This document shows, piece by piece, positions 9,860 through 19,661 of a stretch of 64,000 nt of DNA; positions within the stretch are counted from its first letter, which is position 1; each line of letters begins with the position of its first letter. This stretch comes from Patescibacteria group bacterium (GTDB taxonomy: Bacteria > Patescibacteriota > JABMPQ01). Made by a program: the position numbers and the translations under genes. Under the pieces are notes generated by a model. The model had not been told where the DNA came from and made no database searches. It saw only the letters and a program-made list of their open reading frames with translations. Location: the NCBI GenBank assembly GCA_041749335.1, contig JBGTBM010000008.1, positions 18,462-82,461 of the forward strand. The letters are read 5' to 3'.

Positions 9860-10555
9860 TTATTTACCAATCGCGACTACAAACTCACCCTTAATTTTTT
9901 CCGGATTACTTTCAAAATAGCTGGAAATTTCTTGTATATTTCCCCTTTTTATTTCTTCAAAATGCTTTGTCAATTCGCGGCCCACAACTACCTGCCGCTC
10001 CCGACCCAAGACTTCTTTTAAAGAATTTAAAGTTTTTAGAATTCGATGGACAGATTCATAAAAAACAATCGTTTTATTTTCCTCAGCTATTTTTTTAAAT
10101 ATTTTTTCCCGGCCTTTTTTATGAGGCAGAAATCCCAAAAATTCAAAATGATCGCTAGCCAATCCAGATGCGCTCAACAAAGCGATTACGGCCGACGGCC
10201 CCGGGAGCGGTACGACGCTTATCCCCGCCTGTAAAATCTGTTCAACTAATTTTCCACCGGGATCAGAGATAGCCGGCGTACCGGCGTCCGAAACTAAAGC
10301 CACATTTTTTCCGTCAGCCAAAATATCAATTACCTCATTTATTCTTTTGAGTTTGCTGTGCTGATGATAACTGATAACTTTAGTTGAAATATTATATTCC
10401 ATAAGCAGCCTTCGGGTAATTCTGGTATCTTCGCAAGCGATGATATCTGCATCCTTTAATACCTCGAGCGCCCTCAATGTAATATCTTTAAGGTTTCCAA
10501 TCGGCGTCGCTACTACAAATAATTTGCCCGCATGAAATTTATTATTTTTTAACAT
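9860..10555 (-). CDS. rsmI: 16S rRNA (cytidine1402-2'-O)-methyltransferase RsmI
   Basis: KLFVVATPIGNLKDITLRALEVLKDADIIACEDTR is the tetrapyrrole-methylase-type RsmI N-terminal signature. Confidence 0.85.
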   Translation of the reverse strand: MLKNNKFHAGKLFVVATPIGNLKDITLRALEVLKDADIIACEDTRITRRLLMEYNISTKVISYHQHSKLKRINEVIDILADGKNVALVSDAGTPAISDPGGKLVEQILQAGISVVPLPGPSAVIALLSASGLASDHFEFLGFLPHKKGREKIFKKIAEENKTIVFYESVHRILKTLNSLKEVLGRERQVVVGRELTKHFEEIKRGNIQEISSYFESNPEKIKGEFVVAIGK

Positions 10556-11696
10556 TTTCTCCTGTTGTATTGCAAACCTCTTTTCTTAAAGCTTTTTCTT
10601 TGACTGATAAGTCTTTTTCATCTGTTTTTACTTGGCATATTTGCTTTCTTAATTTATCACGGTCTTTTTGATCCTTGATTTCAAAAATATCAGATAAAAA
10701 TACTTGAATGGCGGTAACTATCGGCACGGCCAAAATTCCGCCTAAAATTCCGGCAATTTTCGCCCCGACCAATATTGCGATTATGGTAATCAACGGATTC
10801 AGCCCGATCACTCGCTGCATTATTTTTGGAACCAAGAGGTGATTTTCCAGTTGCTGTACAACGACATAAAGCGCGATCACCAAAAGCGCCAGATAGGGCG
10901 ACTGGGTGAAAGCTAAAAATACCGCCGGAACCGCAGCCAAAATCGGACCGATATAAGGAATTATTTCCAGCAAACCTCCCAGGATGGCAATCACCAAGGC
11001 GTATTTTACTCCCAAGATGGTTAAGCCGATATAATATAAAATTCCCACCACTAATCCTAAAAGCAGCTGCCCCCTAAGCCAGCGGCCAATCTGAATCTGG
11101 ATGCGGCTGACTAAATCATCAGCGTAAACTCGATGCTTTAGAGGCACCAATGATTTAATAAATTTTTTTAAGCTATTTTCTTCCACGGTAAAATAAAATG
11201 CCAGCACCACTACGATCATTGCAGAAAATATTCCGCCAAAAACTCCCGTAACTGTTTCTATTATTCCACCCGCGCGATCGCCGAATTGATTAGTAAAAGA
11301 TGTCGCCACTTCCTTTAAATTATTATAAACTCCTTCACCTACCAATCCTTCCAAACGTCCGAGTTGTTCAATCGCAATATTAAAATATTGAGGCAAGCCG
11401 ACGGCTAGTTGCTGCACCTGTTCAATAATCGGAGGAATCAATAGACTGAATATCAATGTTATTAATCCCAATAAGATGGAAAATATCGACAAAACGCTAA
11501 GCCATCTTGGAATCCGCTTTTTTTGCAACCAGTCTACCCAGGAATCAATCGCAGAGGCGATAATAACGGCAACTACCATTATCAACAATAAATCTCTAAT
11601 CAAATATAAAAATATCAGCAACAATCCAATCAGTATCGTTTTTAAAAAAGTGGCGTAAGACACGTCGAAGATTATTTTTTTAGTATTTTGTTCCAT
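10542..11696 (-). CDS. AI-2E family (PerM-like) transporter
   Basis: Eight predicted TM segments; conserved C-terminal block LLVPKIMQRVIGLNPLITIIAILVGAKIAGILGGILAVPI. Confidence 0.75.
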   Translation of the reverse strand: MEQNTKKIIFDVSYATFLKTILIGLLLIFLYLIRDLLLIMVVAVIIASAIDSWVDWLQKKRIPRWLSVLSIFSILLGLITLIFSLLIPPIIEQVQQLAVGLPQYFNIAIEQLGRLEGLVGEGVYNNLKEVATSFTNQFGDRAGGIIETVTGVFGGIFSAMIVVVLAFYFTVEENSLKKFIKSLVPLKHRVYADDLVSRIQIQIGRWLRGQLLLGLVVGILYYIGLTILGVKYALVIAILGGLLEIIPYIGPILAAVPAVFLAFTQSPYLALLVIALYVVVQQLENHLLVPKIMQRVIGLNPLITIIAILVGAKIAGILGGILAVPIVTAIQVFLSDIFEIKDQKDRDKLRKQICQVKTDEKDLSVKEKALRKEVCNTTGENVKK

Positions 11697-11714
11697 AAAT
11701 TTATATTTATTAAA

Positions 11715-12980
11715 TTATAAATTAAAATATTTACCAAATCGGCTGGCAGAATGATATGGTCCGATAATCGCTAAATTAAGTTTTCGGTTTACCATTACAT
11801 CATTGGCTACCCTGATTATATCGCTGGACTTAACTTGATCAATTAATTTGAATTTCCGATCAATGTCAATAATTTTTCCGGTTAAGATTTCTTGCAAGGA
11901 CAGCCATAATCCATAATCATCCGAACCTTCCAGCCCCATCATTGTTTTGCCTTTAATATATTCTTGGACTTTTTTCAACTCTTTTTCCGACACTCCTGTT
12001 TTTTTAATTTTGTTCAATTCGTTTAAAATAACTTGAATAGCTTTATCGATATTTTTATTATCAACTCCGGCATGCACCGCCAGATAACCCGAATCGGTAA
12101 AAAACTCAGCGTCACAGCGGATATAATAAGCCAATCCTAATTTTTCGCGAACAGAAATAAACAGCCGAGAGCTCATGCCACCGCCTAAAATAGCGGCTAA
12201 AATACTTAGGGCATATTTATCTTTGTTGTTGATATCATATCCCCGACAGCCCAGATATATATGAGATTGATCGGTCACCTTGTGATGAATTAATATTTCC
12301 GGCTTGGCTTGCTTTTCTCTCACTTGCTTTTTATCAATTATTTTCTTGCTTGCAAAACCCGAAAAATATTTACGCGCCAATTCCCGTGAAATTTCCGGCG
12401 TAATTTTTCCCGCGAGGCACACCACTAAATTATTGGCATGGTAATGATCATGATAATATTTCACAAAGTCTGCTCGCTGTATATTCTTGACAGACTTTTT
12501 ATTACCGATTATTAATCTTCCCGCTGGCTGTTTTTGATATAATAAACTCTCAAATAAATCGCCGACGTACATCATTGGGCTATCTTGATACATATTCATC
12601 TCTTCAATAATTACATTTTTTTCTCTTTCAATTTTTTCCGGTTCAAGTTTGGAATTTTTAAGAATATCTGAAATCATATCAAGGGCTCTTTCGGTATGTT
12701 TGGGAGTTACCTTGGCATAATAACCGGTATATTCTTTGGATGTAAAGGCGTTGTACTCGCCCCCCACTTCATCTAAATATTCAGAGATAGCGAGTGAAGA
12801 CGGCCTTTTTTCAGTACCTTTAAAAAACATGTGCTCCAAAAAATGAGATACGCCCGCCACCTGATCACGTTCATATTTTGATCCAACGCCAAATAATGCT
12901 AAAAGCGTTACGGTTTTGGCATCCCGTATCGGCGCAATAATGATCCGAGTTCCATTTTTATGTTTCGTTCGATAAAACAT
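11715..12980 (-). CDS. M16-family zinc peptidase (insulinase-like)
   Basis: Inverted zinc motif HFLEHMFFKGT (HxxEH), 421 aa. Confidence 0.8.
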   Translation of the reverse strand: MFYRTKHKNGTRIIIAPIRDAKTVTLLALFGVGSKYERDQVAGVSHFLEHMFFKGTEKRPSSLAISEYLDEVGGEYNAFTSKEYTGYYAKVTPKHTERALDMISDILKNSKLEPEKIEREKNVIIEEMNMYQDSPMMYVGDLFESLLYQKQPAGRLIIGNKKSVKNIQRADFVKYYHDHYHANNLVVCLAGKITPEISRELARKYFSGFASKKIIDKKQVREKQAKPEILIHHKVTDQSHIYLGCRGYDINNKDKYALSILAAILGGGMSSRLFISVREKLGLAYYIRCDAEFFTDSGYLAVHAGVDNKNIDKAIQVILNELNKIKKTGVSEKELKKVQEYIKGKTMMGLEGSDDYGLWLSLQEILTGKIIDIDRKFKLIDQVKSSDIIRVANDVMVNRKLNLAIIGPYHSASRFGKYFNL

Positions 12981-12986
12981 TATTTT

Positions 12987-14342
12987 TTATAAATTATCCT
13001 TAAAATATTCTCCTAAATCCGCAATTTTTATTTTTTCTTGACGCATAGAATCTCGATCGCGCACTGTAACTATATCGTTATCCAGAGTATCAAAATCAGC
13101 CGTGATGCAATAGGGGGTCCCGATCTCGTCTTGGCGGCGGTATCTTTTGCCGATATTGCCATTGTCATCAAATTCGCAGTGATAAACCGTCTTTAATGTT
13201 TCATAGACTTCCCGCGCTTTGGCAACCAATTTGGGTTTATTTTTTAATAAGGGAAAAACCGCGATTTTAACCGGAGCGATCGCCTTGGGAAATTTCATTA
13301 CTACTCTGGTTTCTTTTTCAACCGGCTCTTCTGAATAAGCCGATGATAAGGCAGCCAAAATACTTCTGTCCAAGCCGAAGGTCGGCTCTAAAACTTGAGG
13401 AATAAATCTTTTTTTGCTTTCCTGATTAAAATATTCTAATTTTTTACCGGAATACTTTGCGTGCTGCCTTAAATCAAAATCACCCCGATGAGCCATGCCA
13501 AAAAGTTCCGCAAAACCAAAGGGGTATTTATACTCAATATCAACCGTTTTTTGGGAATAATGCGCTCTTTTTTCGTCCGAATGCTCATATCTTTTTAAAT
13601 CCGCTTTTTTTGCCCCCAAAGACAGAGCAAATTGCTCTTGCGCCTGCAGCCAATTCTCAAAAAGTTTATCCCATTTGCTTTGGGGATCAATAAAGTATTC
13701 CAATTCCATTATTTCAAATTCCCTCAACCGAAAAATAAAGTTGCCTGCCACGATCTCATTTCTAAAGGCCTTGCCGATCTGCGCAATGCCAAATGGTATT
13801 TTTACCCGCATGGCATCAACCATATTTTGGAATTCAATAAAGATTGAGCCCGCAGTTTCCGGCCGCAAATAGATGTCTTCCTCATAGCCGTTCATTTGGG
13901 TCTTAAACATCATGTTGAAATTCCTCGCTTCAGTCCAATCGGATGCGCCGCACTCCGGACATTTAATTTCACTTTTAATTATTTTAGTCATTCCCGAAAG
14001 ATTGCCTTCCAAATCTTTACCGGTCGCTTCTTCAACCAAATGATCGGCTCGAAAGCGCTTTTTGCATTTTTTGCAATCTACCATAGCATCATTGAAACTT
14101 TCGGCATGTCCTGAAGCCTCCCACGCCTTAGGATGTATTAATATTGGCCCATCAATTCCAATAATATCGTCCCGATTATGAACAAAAGTTTTCCACCACA
14201 GATTTTTAATATTATTTTTAAGCTCTACTCCATAGGGCCCATAGCCATAAGAATTAGCAAAACCGCCATAGATGTCTGAAGCCGGATAAACAAACCCCCG
14301 CCTTTTACACAAAGCGACAATTTTTTCCATTAAGCTTGCCAT
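12987..14342 (-). CDS. glyQS: glycyl-tRNA synthetase, alpha2 (eukaryote/archaeal-like) type
   Basis: MEKIVALCKRRGFVYPASDIYGG N-terminus and class II core motifs; 451 aa. Confidence 0.85.
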   Translation of the reverse strand: MASLMEKIVALCKRRGFVYPASDIYGGFANSYGYGPYGVELKNNIKNLWWKTFVHNRDDIIGIDGPILIHPKAWEASGHAESFNDAMVDCKKCKKRFRADHLVEEATGKDLEGNLSGMTKIIKSEIKCPECGASDWTEARNFNMMFKTQMNGYEEDIYLRPETAGSIFIEFQNMVDAMRVKIPFGIAQIGKAFRNEIVAGNFIFRLREFEIMELEYFIDPQSKWDKLFENWLQAQEQFALSLGAKKADLKRYEHSDEKRAHYSQKTVDIEYKYPFGFAELFGMAHRGDFDLRQHAKYSGKKLEYFNQESKKRFIPQVLEPTFGLDRSILAALSSAYSEEPVEKETRVVMKFPKAIAPVKIAVFPLLKNKPKLVAKAREVYETLKTVYHCEFDDNGNIGKRYRRQDEIGTPYCITADFDTLDNDIVTVRDRDSMRQEKIKIADLGEYFKDNL

Positions 14343-14419
14343 TGATAATATTTTTAATTAATTAAAAATTATTTTAAATTATATCATAATGCTTTTATCT
14401 TATAAATACCTTTATCAAT

Positions 14420-14445
14420 AAAAAAAGCGACTTTTGATCGCTTTA
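14420..14445 (-). terminator. terminator downstream of the kinase gene
   Basis: Hairpin aagcga-cttttga-tcgctt, followed on the minus strand by a T7 run. Confidence 0.4.
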
Positions 14446-14456
14446 TAAAGTTCAAT

Positions 14457-16055
14457 TTAGTCGCCCATATTAAGTACGGTTTGCTCGTAATGAGCGGCGC
14501 GGCGAGACAGAAAATTCCATTCGCCGCTATATTTTTCCGCCCGACTCGCTTTATACCGGTACAATTTTCCCAAGAGGCGAAAAACGGATTTGATAATTTT
14601 TTTAACCTCTTTTCTAAATTTCCAATCTCTATTTACCCAGTATTCTTTTTCAATCTTGTGTGCCAAATCATACGCCTGTTCATATTGCCCCTGTTCGTGC
14701 AAAATCCAGGCGCGGCGCATTAAGCACAAAGCCAGTTGCGCATGGCTATCTCTGATTTGCGGAGCGGCTTCTACACAGCTAATCTGAGCGCTGTGGAATG
14801 CATCGGGCATAGCTTTTTCCCCGGGCTTTGAGGCAGCATCTACTGTCTTTGGCAGTTTGTTGCCGCCAATGCCCGTCCGGTTAAATCTTATTTCTTGCCT
14901 TTGCCCACTTAAAATTAACACAGCAGAAACGGCCAGCGCGACCAGTAGAAAAAGCGCTATAAAAAGCGAATCTCTCTGCTTTATCACTTTCGGTGGTTCG
15001 GCTTGCTTTAATGTGTCGGCTTTGTTTTCCGCTGCGGCTAAAGCTCGTGCTACAACATTGCCATCAACCACTTCTACCACACTCTCCACTGTCGGAATAT
15101 CGCATTGATTCCGCTTTTTGGTCAGCAGGCTGACACGCCCGATCAGATAATGATCCGATTGCTCCAAGGATAAATCCAACGCCCCCACAATTTGATCCAT
15201 AAAAGGATAACGCTCTTCAATCTTGAATTTTAGGCACCTTTTGATGATCGGTGCCACATGCGGTGGGATAGCTTCTTCCTCAATTCGACTGATGACAAAT
15301 TCTTCGTTTCGCATCAATTGATATTGAGCATCAAGTTCTTCAGCGTGCCCGGTGAAAATTGACAAACCGGTATATGCCTCAAAAAGTATCAGCCCCAGGG
15401 CATAAATATCGGTTCGATTATCAATTTCTTTACCGGGAATAATCTGCTCCGGTGCCATATAACCCGGTGTCCCAATCGCTAACCCAACCCTGGTTTTGCG
15501 CGGACTTCCCTGAGGATGGCAAATGCCAAAATCAATGATTTTAGCCAGATTTCCACGACTGGAATTAATAATAATGATATTATCTGGCTTCAAATCGCGA
15601 TGGCATACGCCCTTGCGATGAACATGAGACATAGCTACAGCAACATCTCGCATAATTCGCAGATTCTCTGAAATTTTATAATCATCCGGTCTTACGACTT
15701 TATCGCCTGCTTCTCTGCCAAAAACATTGTCCAGATACCGGTTGAAAGCCAAACCGTTCAAATATTCCATGATCATAGCCAAGGTATTGTTCTCATCCAC
15801 CCATTGTAATATTCTCACTACACCTTCATGTTCAACTTGAGTCAAAGCTCCCGCTTCTCGACGAAAACGCTCACGGAAGCCGGGATCATGCTGATAATAT
15901 GGGTTAATCACCTTAACCGCCGCAATTCCTCCCAGCTCATTTCTGCCCTTAAATACTCTGGCCATCCCCCCTTCGCCGATTTGGTTTAGAATCTTATATC
16001 CCGCAATTTCTCGCGGCACAGCAGCCGATAAAGTTTTTGACATCTTTTGCTCCAC
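14457..16055 (-). CDS. Hanks-type Ser/Thr protein kinase with TM segment and extracytoplasmic C-terminal domain
   Basis: GEGGMARVFKG...AVK (ATP site), HRDLKPDNIII (catalytic loop), DFG, APE, then TM helix LFIALFLLVALAVSAVLILSG. The gene is visibly more GC-rich than its neighbours. Confidence 0.8.
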   Translation of the reverse strand: MEQKMSKTLSAAVPREIAGYKILNQIGEGGMARVFKGRNELGGIAAVKVINPYYQHDPGFRERFRREAGALTQVEHEGVVRILQWVDENNTLAMIMEYLNGLAFNRYLDNVFGREAGDKVVRPDDYKISENLRIMRDVAVAMSHVHRKGVCHRDLKPDNIIIINSSRGNLAKIIDFGICHPQGSPRKTRVGLAIGTPGYMAPEQIIPGKEIDNRTDIYALGLILFEAYTGLSIFTGHAEELDAQYQLMRNEEFVISRIEEEAIPPHVAPIIKRCLKFKIEERYPFMDQIVGALDLSLEQSDHYLIGRVSLLTKKRNQCDIPTVESVVEVVDGNVVARALAAAENKADTLKQAEPPKVIKQRDSLFIALFLLVALAVSAVLILSGQRQEIRFNRTGIGGNKLPKTVDAASKPGEKAMPDAFHSAQISCVEAAPQIRDSHAQLALCLMRRAWILHEQGQYEQAYDLAHKIEKEYWVNRDWKFRKEVKKIIKSVFRLLGKLYRYKASRAEKYSGEWNFLSRRAAHYEQTVLNMGD

Positions 16056-16183
16056 TTTTGTGTTGTTTTCAATGAACGATCAAAATACTATAATATATTG
16101 TTATCTTGTTGTCAATCTTTTTTGGTAATGTGCACACACATTTTGCACTGTCTGCTATCCTCAACACGCTATGACAAAATCAT

Positions 16184-16252
16184 AAAAATTTAATCTCTGA
16201 ACCTAGTCAAAGGGTTAAATTTTTATAGCCTTCGACAGGCTCAGGCAATAAT
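16184..16252. repeat. intergenic repeat module X (copy 1)
   Basis: aaaaatttaatctctgaacct.gtc.aagggttaaattttatagccttcgac..gctcaggcaataat. It recurs at 16347-16413 and 58804-58873, with degenerate copies at 18262-18325 and 61632-61690. Contains stem gtcgaagg/ccttcgac. Confidence 0.7.
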
Positions 16253-16346
16253 TTAATTTTACGTTACTGTAAATTCAGGTGATTTGTCGCCAATATTTGT
16301 AATGTTATTATTTTATTTCTTTATCCAAGTTAATTAACTAAATAAT

Positions 16347-16413
16347 AAAATTTAATCCCCGGACCGTAGAAGAGTTAAAGTTTACATAGCCTTCAACTGC
16401 GCTCAAACTATAA
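16347..16413. repeat. intergenic repeat module X (copy 2, diverged)
   Basis: aaaatttaatccccggaccgtagaagagttaaagtttacatagccttcaactgcgctcaaactataa aligns to the 16184 copy. Confidence 0.6.
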
Positions 16414-16437
16414 AATAGTTATACTAAATTTCCTAGT

Positions 16438-16595
16438 CCTCCTCCCCTCAGATGAGGGGAGGTGTTCCGATGTTACATCGGAACAGAGGGGTGCTGAAAA
16501 GATCTACGCCACCTTTTTAATTTTTTCCAAAGAAAAATGAACTGATTAATCTAACAAAGCAGGTTGAGAACCTGTCCTACTTTCTTCATTCTTCA
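16438..16595 (+). repeat. intergenic repeat module Y (copy A1): two conserved stem-loops plus a CU-rich tail; candidate structured RNA or regulatory cassette
   Basis: Contains cctcccctc-agat-gaggggagg and tgttccgatg-tta-catcggaaca hairpins, then gaggggtgctgaaaagatctac ... caggttgagaacctg ... tactttcttcattcttca. Near-identical copies at 18329-18487 and 61701-61877. Confidence 0.7.
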
Positions 16596-16804
16596 TCCTC
16601 CTATTTTATTTGTTTGTATCTTGTATCTTTTTTTGTTTCTTGTCATATTGTATCTCGTTTATTTTTTCCAAAAACAAGATAAAATTCTGCCCCACTTTAT
16701 TCATTATTCTTTATTCATTATTCAATTGCTCTAAATGTTTAGATAAAAAAACACCCCGCTTAATAACGAGGTATTTTGAATCAGTTTAATCTGTAAATCC
16801 TTGC

Positions 16805-18064
16805 TTATTTCTTTTTCTTTTTCTTTAAGAAGGCCGCGATGCCCACTACCAAACCTAAAGATAATACCGCAATTACAACTTTCCAGATGGTATTGCCGGG
16901 CAGTTCGGGGATAATTTCCTCTTCTTGTGGTTCAAGCTGTGCAAATGTAAAATTACTTCCAGAAGTATTTACAGCTTGCCTTAAATAATCATTACCACCT
17001 GCATTCTCTTCATAAATCACTACTGCACGGCTAGAAGAATCTGCATCAACAGAAACTAATCCATAGGTCGATCCAGAACTTTGGTCTACAGTAATATCAG
17101 CCAATACCGCACCGGTTTCATTCGTTTTAATCAATTCAACCTGAGGCGCTGAAGCTCCATCTGCATTTGAAAATGCTATTGCGGGACCGGTAGAAATAGA
17201 GGTAGCTTCTAAATCACCAACATTATCAGATAACGACTTGACTGTAGCTGCAGTAGCATATGTTGTTGCAGAATTAGCTGTAAATTGTAATAAATCCTTA
17301 TTTGTAGTTTCTTGGATAACTATAACGGGAAGATTATAGGTACTATCTTGCATTGCTATATCCATTTTGACTGGCATATCGGTAGTAGAAATTGTAATAA
17401 CATTAGTAGGTAAACCCGTCAGGTTATCATAGCCTAATTCAAAATTTCCTGTAACAGAGTCCTTCCCTATAAAATATGTATACGCTCTAGTAGGATCTTG
17501 CCAAGCCACTACTCCCGGATCTTTATATAACATATCTCCAGTAAGATAGTTTAGCTGAATACCTGTTCCATCATTCTTTATAGTTAATACTCTCACAGCT
17601 CCTGAAGTTCCTGCAGATGCACAATCAATGTATACTATTCTTGGATAAACCTCTCCTGGAGCAGTATATTCTGTCACAGCCCAAGCTGGACGATCTGTAA
17701 TTAAGGTTGGAGCATACGATACTATAGAAGTATCTAAATCCAAAGTTGCCAATCTTATATATGGGATTGTTCCAAGAATATTTTTATTTACATAATATAT
17801 TGCCAATTTATTGACACCCGAAAGTTTATGAACTGCTCTTACTTGTGTATAAGGCTGGCTGATGATGTTATCATAGAATGTAATTGTACCAGAAACATTA
17901 GTAATACAATCAATAGGATTATTCTCTCCAGCACGATTAAAACAAGTGTATGTGTCATTTCCCGATACGTCAGAAGCCATATATGTATAATCTGCTGCGC
18001 TCACACTGCCCGCCACGGCAAACATTGCCGCGAAAGCAAACAATGCAATGATTAGTTTTTTCAT
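16805..18064 (-). CDS. secreted/surface-anchored protein, paralog A
   Basis: Signal peptide MKKLIIALFAFAAMFAVAGSVSA. The body is rich in T/S/N/G, suggesting beta structure. C-terminus is EEEIIPELPGNTIWKVVIAVLSLGLVVGIAAFLKKKKKK. Confidence 0.8.
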   Translation of the reverse strand: MKKLIIALFAFAAMFAVAGSVSAADYTYMASDVSGNDTYTCFNRAGENNPIDCITNVSGTITFYDNIISQPYTQVRAVHKLSGVNKLAIYYVNKNILGTIPYIRLATLDLDTSIVSYAPTLITDRPAWAVTEYTAPGEVYPRIVYIDCASAGTSGAVRVLTIKNDGTGIQLNYLTGDMLYKDPGVVAWQDPTRAYTYFIGKDSVTGNFELGYDNLTGLPTNVITISTTDMPVKMDIAMQDSTYNLPVIVIQETTNKDLLQFTANSATTYATAATVKSLSDNVGDLEATSISTGPAIAFSNADGASAPQVELIKTNETGAVLADITVDQSSGSTYGLVSVDADSSSRAVVIYEENAGGNDYLRQAVNTSGSNFTFAQLEPQEEEIIPELPGNTIWKVVIAVLSLGLVVGIAAFLKKKKKK

Positions 18065-18108
18065 TATTTTTTAATTAATTATTATTTTTATAATCTTTAT
18101 ATAGTTTA

Positions 18109-18119
18109 CCCCCCCCCCC
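18109..18119. repeat. homopolymeric C11 (G11 on the coding strand) tract in the putative promoter spacer of paralog A
   Basis: 11 consecutive C in an otherwise AT-rich region, 45-55 nt upstream of the ATG at 18064. It lies between a TTGACA (minus strand, 18134-18129) and an AT-rich -10-like TAAACT (18108-18103); the spacer is 20 nt. Confidence 0.6.
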
Positions 18120-18183
18120 GACTGCCTTTGTCAAAGCGAGGTGTGGATAAGATTATTATTCAATTTACATTTAATGCCTTTAC

Positions 18184-18212
18184 CGTAGGGACAGAACAGT
18201 GTTCTGTCCCTA
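18184..18212. promoter_or_regulatory. perfect 14-1-14 palindrome gtagggacagaaca-g-tgttctgtccctac upstream of paralog A
   Basis: Perfect inverted repeat 120 nt upstream of the start codon. A related perfect palindrome lies at 18520-18547, with imperfect relatives at 60096-60123 and 61907-61936. Confidence 0.5.
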
Positions 18213-18328
18213 CAAAAAAATAATCCCTTAGCATGATCGAATGATAATTTTTTTGTCTAATCTTCGACCCGTCTGTCATAGCCTGGCATTGGCGGGCAGG
18301 CAGGCTCAGACAATATTTCTTACGTAAT

Positions 18329-18487
18329 CCTCCTCCTCTCAGATGAGGGGAGGTGTTCCGATGTTACATCGGGACAGAGGGGTGCTGAAAAGATCTACAC
18401 CACTTTTTTAATTTTTTTCCAAAGAAAAATAAACTTATTAATCTAAAAAGGCAGGTTGAGAACCTGTCCTACTTTCTTCATTCTTCA
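18329..18487 (+). repeat. intergenic repeat module Y (copy A2)
   Basis: cctcctctc-agat-gaggggagg and tgttccgatg-tta-catcgggaca stem-loops; each has one T-G position that is wobble-compatible only if read from the plus strand. Then gaggggtgctgaaaagatctac...caggttgagaacctg...tactttcttcattcttca. Confidence 0.7.
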
Positions 18488-18519
18488 AAAATTAAACAAG
18501 CGTTGATTTTTTTATTAGC

Positions 18520-18547
18520 GTAGGGACAACTCGCGAGTTGTCCCTAC
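18520..18547. promoter_or_regulatory. perfect 14+14 palindrome gtagggacaactcg/cgagttgtccctac
   Basis: Perfect inverted repeat between the tgt 3' end and module Y. It shares the half-site gtagggaca with the 18184 palindrome. Confidence 0.5.
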
Positions 18548-18572
18548 TGTTAAAATATATTTTAAATAGTCC

Positions 18573-19661
<1,089 letters not shown>

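Noticed and set aside
16467-16520. 16-codon ORF (MLHRNRGVLKRSTPPF) with an upstream GAGGGGAGG inside module Y
   Set aside because: The frame is broken by a 1-nt indel in the 61701 copy while the surrounding stem-loops are conserved. That is more consistent with an RNA or DNA element than a peptide.
16056-16804. CRISPR array in the repeat-rich intergenic regions
   Set aside because: The repeats are of different lengths (about 65 and 160 bp modules), not regularly spaced, and not separated by unique spacers of uniform size. No cas genes are in the window.
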